The notes: generated from the letters alone by a model not told the origin. Shown: positions 50,341 through 60,857, counted from the first letter of the stretch. The stretch: DNA of 64,000 nt from an uncultured delta proteobacterium (GCA_963755715.1 CAVWLW010000052.1:90545-154544), one strand, 5' to 3'. Numbers and translations: made by a program.

Positions 50341-52182
50341 ATGCAGTGCGATAAAATTCTTCTGCCTGTGGTGGTCCCTTCTGAGACCCGCGGCAACATA
50401 GAGCTGGCAGTCCGGCTTTTGCCGGCGCACGGCAAGCTCGTGGCGTTGAAAGTCATTCGCGTGCCTGAGGCGACGTCGCTGAGCGAAGGCGCGGCGGAGG
50501 CCGTCGACTCGCGCGCGACACTCGACGAAACCCACGCCATCCTCCCTGACCCTCGAGTCGAATTGAAAACTCTCGTGCGGGTTTCCCATCATCTGTCCGA
50601 GGGCATTAGCGAGACCGTTGCCGCAGAAAATGCCGACTTGTTGATCTTACCCTGGAAAGGCAGCGCGAGCTCCGATGCCGCCCTGTTTGGCCGCACCATC
50701 GACCGCTTGGTCGAAACTCCTCCTTGTAATTTGCTGGTCGCCCGCGTCGGGGAGTTGGCGAATTGCAAAAAAATCCTACTCGCCGTGCGCGGCGGCCCCT
50801 ACGCGGAATTTGCCCTGCAGATCGCGGATCGGCTCGCGCTTTCCCTCTCCGGTGAAATTACCGTGCTGCACTGCGAACAGCATTTTGCAGCACCGGATTT
50901 CAGCGAGTCGCTTTACGGAGACTTTCTCCGTGGGTTGCGCTTCAAACCGAATGTGAAACGGCTGGTGACGGTCGAAGGCAACCCCCAGGAAATCATCCTG
51001 CAAGAGGCGCAAAAACATGATCTCGTGATCACCGGCGCCACCGCGGGAGCCGAACCCCATTCATTCGTTCTCGGTCCGATCGTGGAACAATTGGCCCGTT
51101 CCACCGACAAGCCGCTGCTGGTGGTAAAGACGCCGCAACCCTTTGAGACCTGGGACAAACAGCGCCGTTTGATCCAACCGAAGGCGCTTTCGGAACGGGT
51201 GGACCAATGGTTTGCGGAGAATACTTTTCATCGCCAGGAGTTCGGCGACCTGGCGAAGCTCGTCGACCTGAAAAAGAAACAAAACCTCACGATCAGCCTC
51301 GGATTGCCGGCGCTCAACGAAGCAGAAACTATCGGCAACATTGCGCGCACCATCAAGCACAAGCTCTTCGACGAATACCCGCTGCTGGATGAAATCGTGC
51401 TGATTGATTCGGACTCAAGCGACGACACGGTCAAGATCGCGGAGGATATCGGCATTTCGGTTCACGCGCACAAGGATATCCTGCCGCAGCACGGCACTTT
51501 TCGCGGCAAAGGCGAGGCTTTGTGGAAGAGTCTTTTCGTCCTCAAGGGAGATATCATCGCCTGGGTCGACACCGACATTCGCAATTTTTATCCCGGTTTC
51601 GTTTACGGCTTGCTGGGTCCCTTGTTGCGCGAGCCTGAGATTCAGTACGTCAAAGGTTTTTATCGCCGTCCGATCAAGGCGGAAGGCAAGCTGGTGTCCG
51701 AAGGCGGCGGGCGGGTGACCGAGCTGACGGTCCGGCCGCTATTCAATCTTTTTTATCCGGAGCTGTCGGGCATGATTCAACCTCTCGCCGGAGAGTACGC
51801 CGGTCGCCGAACAGCGCTCGAACGGATGCCGTTCTTCACCGGCTACGGCGTAGAGACCGGGTTGCTGATCGATCTGTTCAATGAAATTGGCCTGAACGCG
51901 ATCGCCCAGGTGGACCTCGAAGAACGCGTCCATCGTAACCAGTCTCTTGCATCGCTTAGCCAAATGTCCTTTGCGATCATCCAAGTGGTGATGCAACGCT
52001 TGCAAGAAAAAAACCGAATTCAAATAATGGACGAAGTCAATCGTTCGATGAAACTGATCAAGCCGCAAGAAAAAAGCTACGCGCTGGAGCTCAAGCCGAT
52101 CCAGGATCGGGAGCGTCCGCCGATGCTCACCATACCCGAGTACCGGGCCAAACACGCCGCGTGCCGTGACGGGAAATGCTGA
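50341..52182 (+). CDS. gpgS: Tandem USP domains fused to glucosyl-3-phosphoglycerate synthase
   Basis: Two USP-like repeats (DLLILPW..FGRTIDRL..PCNLL; DLVITG..LGPIVE..PLLVV), then PALNE, DSDSSD, GKGEALW, DTD, GGRVTEL, QPLAGEY, GYGVE, HRNQ. Confidence 0.8.
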   Translation: MQCDKILLPVVVPSETRGNIELAVRLLPAHGKLVALKVIRVPEATSLSEGAAEAVDSRATLDETHAILPDPRVELKTLVRVSHHLSEGISETVAAENADLLILPWKGSASSDAALFGRTIDRLVETPPCNLLVARVGELANCKKILLAVRGGPYAEFALQIADRLALSLSGEITVLHCEQHFAAPDFSESLYGDFLRGLRFKPNVKRLVTVEGNPQEIILQEAQKHDLVITGATAGAEPHSFVLGPIVEQLARSTDKPLLVVKTPQPFETWDKQRRLIQPKALSERVDQWFAENTFHRQEFGDLAKLVDLKKKQNLTISLGLPALNEAETIGNIARTIKHKLFDEYPLLDEIVLIDSDSSDDTVKIAEDIGISVHAHKDILPQHGTFRGKGEALWKSLFVLKGDIIAWVDTDIRNFYPGFVYGLLGPLLREPEIQYVKGFYRRPIKAEGKLVSEGGGRVTELTVRPLFNLFYPELSGMIQPLAGEYAGRRTALERMPFFTGYGVETGLLIDLFNEIGLNAIAQVDLEERVHRNQSLASLSQMSFAIIQVVMQRLQEKNRIQIMDEVNRSMKLIKPQEKSYALELKPIQDRERPPMLTIPEYRAKHAACRDGKC

Positions 52183-53012
52183 AGCTATCGAGATCAAGCC
52201 GGCTGATCGTCATTACCGATGTGGACGGTACGCTCATCGACCAACGAACCTACAGCTATGAATTGAGCCTGCCCGCCGTGCGCCGACTCCAGGCAAAGCG
52301 GATTCCGATCGTTCTATGCTCGACCAAAACGAGCGCCGAAATAATTCTACTGTGGCGCGAGCTGGAGCTCGATGACCCCTTCATTTGTGAAAATGGCGGC
52401 GCGATCTACATGCCGCGCGACTATCTCAAAGTGACTTTGCTCGGCCTAAAGACGGACGGTCCTTTCGAGGTGCTTGAGTTAGGCACTGATGTTGATCGCT
52501 TGCGCCACGCGCTGGCGGATGCGGCAGGCGCATGCGGTGTGGTCTTGCGAACTTTTGGACAAATGGAGGTCGACGAGATCGCCACACTGACCGGCCTTTC
52601 GTTGGATCAAGCGGCGCGCGCGTTGGAGCGCCGCTACGACGAGCCTTTCCTGGTTGAGTCCGGCGACAGCGAAAAAATGGCGGCGATGCTGCACGCAAAA
52701 AAGTTGACCGTCACCAAGGGCGATCGCTTTTATCATCTGAGCGGCGGCCATAGTAAGCGCGACGCGGTGGAAGCTCTGCTTAATCTTCACCGCGATCAAT
52801 ATGGCCAAGTGATCGCGATCGGTCTGGGAAATTCGGCCAACGACGGCCCGATGTTATCAGCGGTGGACCGGCCCGTTTTAGTCAGAAATCCGGATGGGCG
52901 CTGGGACGGCACGGTCGTCGAGACCATCCCCGATGTCGAGCGTACGATCGGGACCGGGCCGCAGGGATGGAGAGAAGCCATCGACGGGATTCTGGACGAA
53001 GCGACGCCATGA
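52176..53012 (+). CDS. Mannosyl/glucosyl-3-phosphoglycerate phosphatase (HAD-IIB)
   Basis: TDVDGTL, STKT, ENGG, RRYDEPF, GNSAND. Confidence 0.8.
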   Translation: MLKLSRSSRLIVITDVDGTLIDQRTYSYELSLPAVRRLQAKRIPIVLCSTKTSAEIILLWRELELDDPFICENGGAIYMPRDYLKVTLLGLKTDGPFEVLELGTDVDRLRHALADAAGACGVVLRTFGQMEVDEIATLTGLSLDQAARALERRYDEPFLVESGDSEKMAAMLHAKKLTVTKGDRFYHLSGGHSKRDAVEALLNLHRDQYGQVIAIGLGNSANDGPMLSAVDRPVLVRNPDGRWDGTVVETIPDVERTIGTGPQGWREAIDGILDEATP

Positions 53013-54317
53013 GCTTGAAAGCGGGTTGCCGTTGGCGGGGGGCGCGATTGAGAACGATCCTCATTCTATTCATCGTTTTATTCATCGCACCACTCGCGGA
53101 AGCGCAAACTCAACTGCGATTCGTCACCTGGAGATCGGAAGCGGAGCGGGTTTGGGAGCAGATCATCGCCGACTTCGAAGTTAGACATCCAGGAGTCAAA
53201 GTTGTTCAGGAAGTCGGGCCTCATTCGTCAACTGAATTCCACGACCTTGTCACCCAGAAGCTGCGCAATCGCGATCCCCAAATGGACGTGTTTTTCATGG
53301 ACGTCATCTGGCCGGCCGAGTTTGCCGCCGCCAACTGGGCGCTGCCGCTGGATGCCTTTTTCTCCGCGGCGGAACGAAACTTATTTTTGGCTGCGCCGAT
53401 CCAAGCCGATACTTATGACGGACGGATCTACGGCGTGCCGATGTTTGTCGATGCCGGAATGCTTTATTACCGCAAAGATCTTCTTGAAAAGCATAATTTC
53501 CCGCCGCCGCGCACGTGGCCCGAGTTGGTCCGCCAAGCGCGGATCAATTTTGGCCCAAGAGCGCGATCCATACCTGACCGGCTACTCGGCGCAGTTTAAA
53601 CAATACGAGGGACTGGTTTGCAATATGATGGAGTTTGTCTTGAGCAACGGCGGTGCGCTGTGGAACGAACAGCGCCTCCAAAGCACGCTCGATGACCCTA
53701 AGGCGAAAGAGGCAGTGCGGTTCGTGCGCGATCAAATTATCCGCTTAATCGCAAATCGCGGCATTCTGGCCTACCAAGAACCGGAATCGCTGGCCTTGTT
53801 TACGCAGGGAAAAGCGATCTTCCATCGCAATTGGCCCTACGCCTGGGAAGCGTCTAATGACCCCAAGCAGTCAAAAGTCGCCGGTAAAGTCGGCATCGTG
53901 CCGTTACCGGCTTTTCCCGGGCAAAAGAGCGCCGCCACCCTGGGCGGTTGGCAGCTGGGCATCAGCCGCTTCTCGCGTAATCCGCAGCTCGCTTGGCAAT
54001 TCGTCCAATTCATGACCAGCGGCGAGACGCAAAAACGGATTGCGCTCGAGACCGGCCGCGGGCCGGCACGCAAGGCGCTCTATCATGATCCCGAGATCCT
54101 CAAGAAAAGTCCCCAGTTCCAGTCGCAGTACGAGACGTTCACTCTGGCCGCGCCGCGACCGCGAACGCCGGTGTATCTACCACTTTCAAACATCCTGCAG
54201 CGTTACTTCAGCTCGGCCATCGCCATTGCCGATTCGGACATCGACCAGCTCGCGCGCGCCGCGTCGCGCGACATGGATCGCGCCTTGGACCTCTTGCGTG
54301 ATCGGAGAGAGCGGTGA
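53009..54317 (+). CDS. Carbohydrate ABC substrate-binding protein (trehalose/maltose-like), frameshift near 53545
   Basis: MDVIWPAEFA, YYRKDLL, QYEGL, RNWPYA, TLGGWQL. Confidence 0.85.
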
Positions 54318-55204
54318 GTAACAGCCAAGATCCGGTCTGGCGATTTCTGTTGCCGAGTTTTGTGTTTGTCGGCGTCTTCTCTCTTTATCCGATATTGGAA
54401 TCTTTTCGGCTGAGTTTTTATCGGATGATATTGACTCTTCCTTGGCTCGGCCAGAAATTCGTCGGCTGGGAGAACTATCGGGATCTCATCACCGATCCGG
54501 TGGCGCTGGGCTCGCTCAGCACTTCCGTGATTTTCGTCGCGGTTACCACGCCCTTCGAAGTGCTGCTCGGCCTCGCCATGGCGCTGGTGCTGAACGAATC
54601 CTTTCGCGGCCGCGGTTGGCTGCGCGCCATCGTGCTCATCCCCTGGGCGGTGCCCACCGTGGTCTCGTCGCAAATGTGGCGCTTCATTTTCAATGACCGC
54701 TACGGTCTTTTCAATTATCTCCTGTTCGGCGACGCGACTCAGCTTTACTGGGCGCCGCTGGCAGAGCCGGGATTGGCGTTGATGTCGATCATGGCGGCGG
54801 ATATTTGGAAGACCAGCGCGTTTGCCGCGCTGATCATTCTCGCCGGACTGCAGGGGATTCCCGGTGAGCTCTACGAGGCCGCCAGCATCGACGGCGCGAG
54901 CGCGTGGCGGAAGTTTCGTCATATTACTCTGCCGCTGGTCAAGCCGGCTTTGCTGTTAGCGCTGTTATTTCGCACCATCGACGCGCTCAAGGTCTTCGAT
55001 CTGGTATTCGTCATGACCCAAGGTGGGCCCGCCGACACGACTAATCTCTTGCAATTCTATGGCTACAAAAAGAGCTTTGCCGAAGGCATGATCGGCTACG
55101 GCTCGGCGATCGCGGTCGTGGTATTTTTGCTCTCGCTCTTCTTGTCGGTTCTCTATATTCGTCTGCTCGGAACCGGTTTGCTCCGAAGGGAGCAGCAAAC
55201 ATGA
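54314..55204 (+). CDS. Carbohydrate ABC permease
   Basis: EAASIDGAS EAA loop, FDLVFVMTQGGP. Confidence 0.9.
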   Translation: MSNSQDPVWRFLLPSFVFVGVFSLYPILESFRLSFYRMILTLPWLGQKFVGWENYRDLITDPVALGSLSTSVIFVAVTTPFEVLLGLAMALVLNESFRGRGWLRAIVLIPWAVPTVVSSQMWRFIFNDRYGLFNYLLFGDATQLYWAPLAEPGLALMSIMAADIWKTSAFAALIILAGLQGIPGELYEAASIDGASAWRKFRHITLPLVKPALLLALLFRTIDALKVFDLVFVMTQGGPADTTNLLQFYGYKKSFAEGMIGYGSAIAVVVFLLSLFLSVLYIRLLGTGLLRREQQT

Positions 55205-56013
55205 AAAAATTCGCATTCGCGGCGTCCGTCGCCGCGATCGGTTCGCTGACCTTGCTGCCGTTTGTCTGGTTCGTGCTCACGTCTTGGAAAAACGCGGCCG
55301 AGATCAACGCCATCCCGCCGGTCATCCTGCCGAGTTTTCATTGGGATAACTATCGCGCCGCGATCACGCGCTATGGGCTGCTGCATTATATCGGCAACAG
55401 CGCGATCGTCGCGTCAGCGACGACGTTGATCAGTCTGGCGATCGCGTCGCTGGCGGCGTTCGCGCTGGCCCGGTTCAAATTGCGCTGGGCGCGCTACTAT
55501 CTGATGTTGCTGCTGGCGCTTTCCATGTTTCCTCAGATCGCCATTGCCGGTCCGGTGTGGCGGCTGTTGAATTTTCTGGATTGGCTCAATAGTTATCACG
55601 GCATTGTCGCCGCGTATATTTCACTCACCTTGCCGTTTGCGGTCTGGGTGCTGACGACGTTTTTCCAGGAGCTGCCGTACGATATCGAAGAAGCGGCGCT
55701 GGTCGACGGCTGCACACGCTGGCAGGCGCTTCGACTCGTCGTTTTGCCGCTGGCGGCGCCGGGACTTTTTACCGCGGCGATTCTGGTTTTCATCCACGCC
55801 TGGAACGAATTCTTTTTCGCACTGATTATTTTGACCTATCCGGCGTTGCAAACGCTGCCGGTCGGTATCGCACTCTTCCCCGGTGAATACACGATGCCGT
55901 GGGGCGAGATCGCTGCGGCGTCGACGATCGCCACGCTGCCGCTGGTTGCGCTGACGCTGATCTTTCAACGGCGCATCGTGCAGGGCTTGTCAGCGGGAGC
56001 GGTGAAAGGCTAA
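55201..56013 (+). CDS. Carbohydrate ABC permease
   Basis: EEAALVDG, WNEF, QRRIVQGLSAGAVKG. Confidence 0.9.
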   Translation: MKKFAFAASVAAIGSLTLLPFVWFVLTSWKNAAEINAIPPVILPSFHWDNYRAAITRYGLLHYIGNSAIVASATTLISLAIASLAAFALARFKLRWARYYLMLLLALSMFPQIAIAGPVWRLLNFLDWLNSYHGIVAAYISLTLPFAVWVLTTFFQELPYDIEEAALVDGCTRWQALRLVVLPLAAPGLFTAAILVFIHAWNEFFFALIILTYPALQTLPVGIALFPGEYTMPWGEIAAASTIATLPLVALTLIFQRRIVQGLSAGAVKG

Positions 56014-56047
56014 GAAATCGCTCCGGGCGACGGAGCTGGAGGAAGCC

Positions 56048-57115
56048 ATCGCTTCTCTGACGGTCAATAAACTTTCCAAAACTTTCGGCGCTTCGCGGAT
56101 CTTGGAAGAGATTTCATTTACCGTCGCCGATGGCGAGTTTTGTGTCCTGCTCGGTCCGTCAGGTTGCGGCAAGACGACGCTATTGCGTATCGTTGCGGGT
56201 CTGGAATCCGCCTCCGGCGGAACCGTTGATATCGATACGACGCGCGTCGACCTGTTGCCGCCGCAGGAGCGCGACGTCGCGTTCGTGTTTCAAAATTACG
56301 CCCTGTACCCGCACATGACGGTGTTTGAGAACCTGGGGTTCTCGTTGCGCTTGCACGGCGTGGTGAAAGAGGAGATCCAAACGCGCGTCACCGAGGTGGC
56401 GCGGCTGTTGGAGATCGATAATCAACTCAATCACAAACCTCAACAATTGAGTGGTGGGCAAAGACAGCGGGTTGCCTTGGGGCGGGCGATTGTGCGCCGG
56501 CCGAAGCTTTTTCTCTTCGACGAGCCTCTGTCCAATCTCGATGCGACGCTGCGGGCAAACATGCGCGTGGAGCTCGGTAGGTTGCACACTCGGTTAGGTT
56601 CGACGATGCTCTACGTTACCCATGATCAAGCCGAAGCGATGACTCTTGGCGAAAAAATTATCGTGTTAGACCAGGGGCGAATTCAACAGATCGGCACGGC
56701 GTCGGAGATTTATCATCGGCCAAGCAACTTGTTTGTCGCCAGTTTCGTCGGCCAGCCGCAGATGAATTTTATCGAAGGGCGTTTGGACGGCCATGGCAAA
56801 TTGCACAGTAAAGCCGGCGTAGAATTCGATCTATCCGGCATCCTAGGTGGGCGCGCCGTACCAGATTCGCAGCTGACCGTCGGTATTCGTCCCGAAGACC
56901 TACGCCGCTGTGCCGCCGCGGATGCCTGCTTTGCCGGAACCGCGGAGTTCGTCGAAGACCTGGGCTCGGACTGCTTCGTTCATCTAGTCTGTGGCGGGCT
57001 CAAACTCGTAGCGCGCTTACCCGCACAAGATCCGATCAAACTGGGTCAACGTCTTGACCTGAACGTCGATCCTGAGCGCGTCCATCTATTCCACCAAGAG
57101 CGCCGGATCGATTAA
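56048..57115 (+). CDS. Carbohydrate ABC ATPase (MalK-like); apparent start codon is ATC
   Basis: GPSGCGKT, FQNYALYPHM, LSGGQRQR, DEPLSNLD; GGAGGA RBS before ATC at 56048. Confidence 0.9.
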   Translation: MASLTVNKLSKTFGASRILEEISFTVADGEFCVLLGPSGCGKTTLLRIVAGLESASGGTVDIDTTRVDLLPPQERDVAFVFQNYALYPHMTVFENLGFSLRLHGVVKEEIQTRVTEVARLLEIDNQLNHKPQQLSGGQRQRVALGRAIVRRPKLFLFDEPLSNLDATLRANMRVELGRLHTRLGSTMLYVTHDQAEAMTLGEKIIVLDQGRIQQIGTASEIYHRPSNLFVASFVGQPQMNFIEGRLDGHGKLHSKAGVEFDLSGILGGRAVPDSQLTVGIRPEDLRRCAAADACFAGTAEFVEDLGSDCFVHLVCGGLKLVARLPAQDPIKLGQRLDLNVDPERVHLFHQERRID

Positions 57116-57305
57116 CCAACGCCCGTAGCGCGAGAGGACAAACGTTTGGAGAGCTGAATGCGGCTCTTGGACAAACGACGCGCGCCTCTGCTAAGAAAGT
57201 CAAAGCCGGCTCGACGCGAGGTGAAAGCTTTCGCGCCGAAGAGTCACGTCGAACGCTGAACGAAGCGATCGATGGCCGAAAAATTAAGCCGCCAGGGAGT
57301 TTGAT

Positions 57306-58301
57306 ATGCGAGCTAAAATATTCTTGTGCGCATGGGTCATAGGTTTGTTTTTGTTTCACAGGACGGCCCATGCCCAGCCCACGCCAGAGCGCATCAACGC
57401 GATTTATGCTTCGATCGCGGGAGATCATGCGGCCCTTTATGTGGCTCAAGAGATGGGCTTGTTCCGCAAATATGGTTTAGACGTGAATCTCAGCTATATC
57501 GCGGGCGCGGCTCAGGTGATCCAAACCATGATGGCGGGCGAAAATCAGATCGCGACGGCGGGCGGTAGTGGCGTCGTGGACGCGGATTTTGGCGGAGCGG
57601 ATTTGGTGGCCGTGGCGGGGATGGTCAACATGCCGGCCTTTTATATTGTCGTCCAACCCGAGATCAAATCGATTCAGGACCTGCGCGGAAGGCCGGTGGG
57701 CATCACCCGCTTCGGCTCATCCACAGATTTTACGATGCGCTATATTTTGCGCAAAGCCGGTCTCGATCCCGACAAAGATGTGCCCTTGTTGCAGCTCGGT
57801 GGTCAGCCCGAGCTTGCCGCCGCCATCGAGACGCGGCGAATCTTTGCCGCGCCGATGACGCCCCCGGCGCTGCAAAAGACGCTTAAGGCGGGAGCGCGAA
57901 TTCAGATCCCGCCCAAAACCATCGGGCTAAGTTTTCCCCACGTCGGCATTGTCGTGCGCAAAACATTTCTTGCCGCGCGCCGGCAAACCGTCAAGAATTT
58001 CATCGCGGGCTACTCCGAAGGAGTCGCCATGCTTCACAAAGACAAGGAGGCGAGCAAAAAGGCGATCGCTAAGTTCCTCCATTCCGAGGATCCGGAAATT
58101 CTCGAAGCGAGTTGGCAATTCGGCATCGACGTGATCGAGCGCATTCCCAACCTAGACCCGGAAATGTTTAAACTGGTGATCGAAGAGCGGACACGCACGC
58201 GGCCCGAAGCGGCCAAGGCCAAACCGGAACAGTTTTTTGACGACAGCCTGGTGCGAGAGCTGGAAAAGGAAGGTTTCTTTAAAAAGATCTACGCACGCTG
58301 A
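57306..58301 (+). CDS. ABC substrate-binding protein, NMT1/TauA-like
   Basis: FRKYGLDV, GITRFGSSTD, DPDKDV, VRELEKEGFF. Confidence 0.85.
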   Translation: MRAKIFLCAWVIGLFLFHRTAHAQPTPERINAIYASIAGDHAALYVAQEMGLFRKYGLDVNLSYIAGAAQVIQTMMAGENQIATAGGSGVVDADFGGADLVAVAGMVNMPAFYIVVQPEIKSIQDLRGRPVGITRFGSSTDFTMRYILRKAGLDPDKDVPLLQLGGQPELAAAIETRRIFAAPMTPPALQKTLKAGARIQIPPKTIGLSFPHVGIVVRKTFLAARRQTVKNFIAGYSEGVAMLHKDKEASKKAIAKFLHSEDPEILEASWQFGIDVIERIPNLDPEMFKLVIEERTRTRPEAAKAKPEQFFDDSLVRELEKEGFFKKIYAR

Positions 58302-58428
58302 GGCAAAACCAGGCGGGTTTGATCTTGCTGGCCATGCGCTTATTCTGGTTGAGTTGGTGCGCATGGACTCGGCAAGCCGTTGATCGATTGGGCCTGCCGA
58401 TTGTGGGTCGGTGTAGAACCGTTGAACG

Positions 58429-58911
58429 CTAGTGTGAACCCGCGCTCAAACCGCTCGCCTGAGCGACAATTTCGTTGACGCTCTTGTCCAGATCGAGCGG
58501 GCGGTTGACGCGCGCGTTGTCGCGCTCGGCGACGAGCGCGTAAATTTCCAGCCGGTTACCTTCCGGATCTAGAAAATAGCACGAGACGGTGTTGCCCATC
58601 TCTTCGTAAGCATGGCTCACGCAGTGGTCAATTGGCACACCCTGGGCTTTGAACCGTTCGTAAAATTCTTTCACATCCGTCGGCGTATCGACGCGCCAGG
58701 CGATGTGGGCAATGATCTTGGCGTTGCCCTCGCGTCCTTTGGTCAGAGCGAGTTGGTGGTCTTCCACGTTGGGATCGGGCGTCAGAAAGACCATCCGCCC
58801 GGCATGCTCGCGGTATTTGACGAGCCCGAGAACGTCTTTGTAAAAAGCGACCATCTTCTCCAGATCGTTGACGTACAGCACCACGTGACTCAGGCCTCTG
58901 ATTGTCGGCAT
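58429..58911 (-). CDS. VOC family protein (extradiol dioxygenase/glyoxalase-like)
   Basis: LSHVVL, FYKDVLGL, HQLAL, HIAW, YFLDPEGNRLE. Confidence 0.85.
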   Translation of the reverse strand: MPTIRGLSHVVLYVNDLEKMVAFYKDVLGLVKYREHAGRMVFLTPDPNVEDHQLALTKGREGNAKIIAHIAWRVDTPTDVKEFYERFKAQGVPIDHCVSHAYEEMGNTVSCYFLDPEGNRLEIYALVAERDNARVNRPLDLDKSVNEIVAQASGLSAGSH

Positions 58912-59267
58912 TGTGAAACGCCTCCTTCCCTTGAACTCAGGCACGCCAGCGCGCGCCAATGGATCGATATTATTGTTCCTCTCTGCGCTCTCTGGCTAGA
59001 GATATCCGATTACTCCGTCCGATGTCAATTAAAGATCAGAATGGGAAACAGATGACAGGATCACTCCGTTCCACTCAAGCAGTAACCATTGCTAATGGTA
59101 ATACCAGGCTCAAGCTGCGGATTTCGCCCAAAAAAAAGAATTGAACTTAGGGATCAAAAGGGCCATAATCCCGGCTTTGACAGCTTTGGCGTCGGGAAAT
59201 TAACATCGAAGAAACAGGCTTAGACTGCGACAGGGTCGCTAACCTTTTCGTATGCCAGGAGGGATGT

Positions 59268-59867
59268 ATGACTGAGCAGAGTCAACAGATTTTATACGTT
59301 GACGACGACAGCAGCCTGAGAGATGAAATATCTTTGTTCCTAGCGGGCTACAAAATTTCGGCCTGCGAAACGATAGGCGACGGTATCGCTTTAGCGACGC
59401 AGCAAAGCTTTGCCTTGTACCTTTTGAATCTCAGTCTCCCCGATGGTTCCGGCTTTAGCCTGTGTCAGAAAATACGGGTCTTTGATCTTAATACGCCGAT
59501 CGTTGTCATTTCGATTCATGACAGTGAAAGTTACCGGAAATATGCACTCCAAGCCGGAGCTTATGGGTTTTGGGCGAAGAGCGGAGATTTGCATCAGCTC
59601 AAAACCACAATCGAAAGGTGCCTGTTCGAGAGTCGGCTAAGGTCCTTCGAGGCGAAACGCGCCGAATTCGCGGCAATCCGAGATGAGCTTGCGCAGCAAC
59701 GCGAAGAGGCGCGGGCGCGCCAAGCGCAGGCGCGGGAGATTCAGGCCCAGTATCGAGAGAAGAGGGTCATGTTGGCAGCCTCTCGCGCCTTCGAAAATGC
59801 GGGAGGAAGCCGGGCCGATTTTTCGCACCTGTGGCCGGAAGCATACGCGGAAGCTTCCACTAAATAG
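59268..59867 (+). CDS. Receiver-domain protein with a coiled-coil tail (phosphoacceptor Asp replaced by Asn)
   Basis: ILYVDDD, LYLLNLSLPDG, TPIVVIS, GAYGFWAK; AGGAGG RBS. Confidence 0.7.
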   Translation: MTEQSQQILYVDDDSSLRDEISLFLAGYKISACETIGDGIALATQQSFALYLLNLSLPDGSGFSLCQKIRVFDLNTPIVVISIHDSESYRKYALQAGAYGFWAKSGDLHQLKTTIERCLFESRLRSFEAKRAEFAAIRDELAQQREEARARQAQAREIQAQYREKRVMLAASRAFENAGGSRADFSHLWPEAYAEASTK

Positions 59868-60570
59868 TCACTCGGAGCAGGACTGTTGCCGCGAATATGC
59901 TCGCCGAGCCTACCGATTCAATGCATTTGCCCTTGCCGTAGTAGGTTCTCTTCTTACAGCTCAATTGCGGCGCACCCTTTAACAGTTTGCATGCATCATC
60001 TCGCCTGATTCTCGCTAAGACGACCCTATTATCAATTCGTCGAATTCTGCTTTTGCGTTATTTCACCGCAGCAGTCTCCTGTCCGTTGATCTCTCAGAAA
60101 AAAGCTCGAATAATTTTCCAGCCGTGTTAGCTCAGCATAGCGAACGAGTCACTCAATGACGACGCTCTCAACAGTGACCTGCGGAGCCGCAACTCTTTCG
60201 TCGTAAAAGACGTGATCTAGAGCATCGAGGCTTATCGTGACTTGCTCGGCTTTAGGAATCGGGGGGTTCAGTCATGCCAGCCGATGTTTGATGGGAGCGA
60301 ACGGGACGGAGTCGCCATTCATCTGTTTAGCTCATGGCTGTCTTGTCCAGCGTCGGAATTTGGCGATGGTCGGAAATGACGATCACACGGTGTCCTTGAG
60401 CGCGTCTTCTTTTTTTCGCTAGGCTGCTAATACGTTTTTCCGTCGCGCCGAGCTCACAATTTGATCTCAATTCATCTCATCGAAATACATCGATCGATTG
60501 TGATATATCAAAAACGTTTTGCCATCACTGGGTCAGCTCGCGGACCCGTCATTTTGAGAGAGAGGGCATC

Positions 60571-60857
60571 ATGATTCGCCGATTGCTAGTTTCCTCAGCG
60601 CTCTTCGCAGCTATCTTGTGTCCGCTGAATCTTATGGCCCAGGAAAAGAAATTGGAAAAGTTCCGCACCGGCGGCGGCTCGGCGTCAGCGGCGCAGATGT
60701 CGGTTTGGCTTGCCAAGGAAGGGAATTATTACGAGAAGAACGGCCTCAGCGTCGAGGTCATCAGTATTCCGGGAAGCTCGCTGGCGATCCAGGCGATGCT
60801 GTCGGGAGAGCTGCCGATCATTCAAGCCGGCGGCGCGGGACCGATTCAGGCCGCGCC
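60571..60857 (+). pseudogene. 5' part of an NMT1/TauA-like binding protein gene, truncated
   Basis: Signal peptide, YEKNGLSVE, QAMLSGE; family resemblance stops after PIQAA. Confidence 0.75.

Noticed and set aside
57116-57305. Possible riboswitch before the SBP gene at 57306
   Set aside because: Some pairing potential, but no match to an aptamer consensus I can identify; an Rfam scan would be needed.
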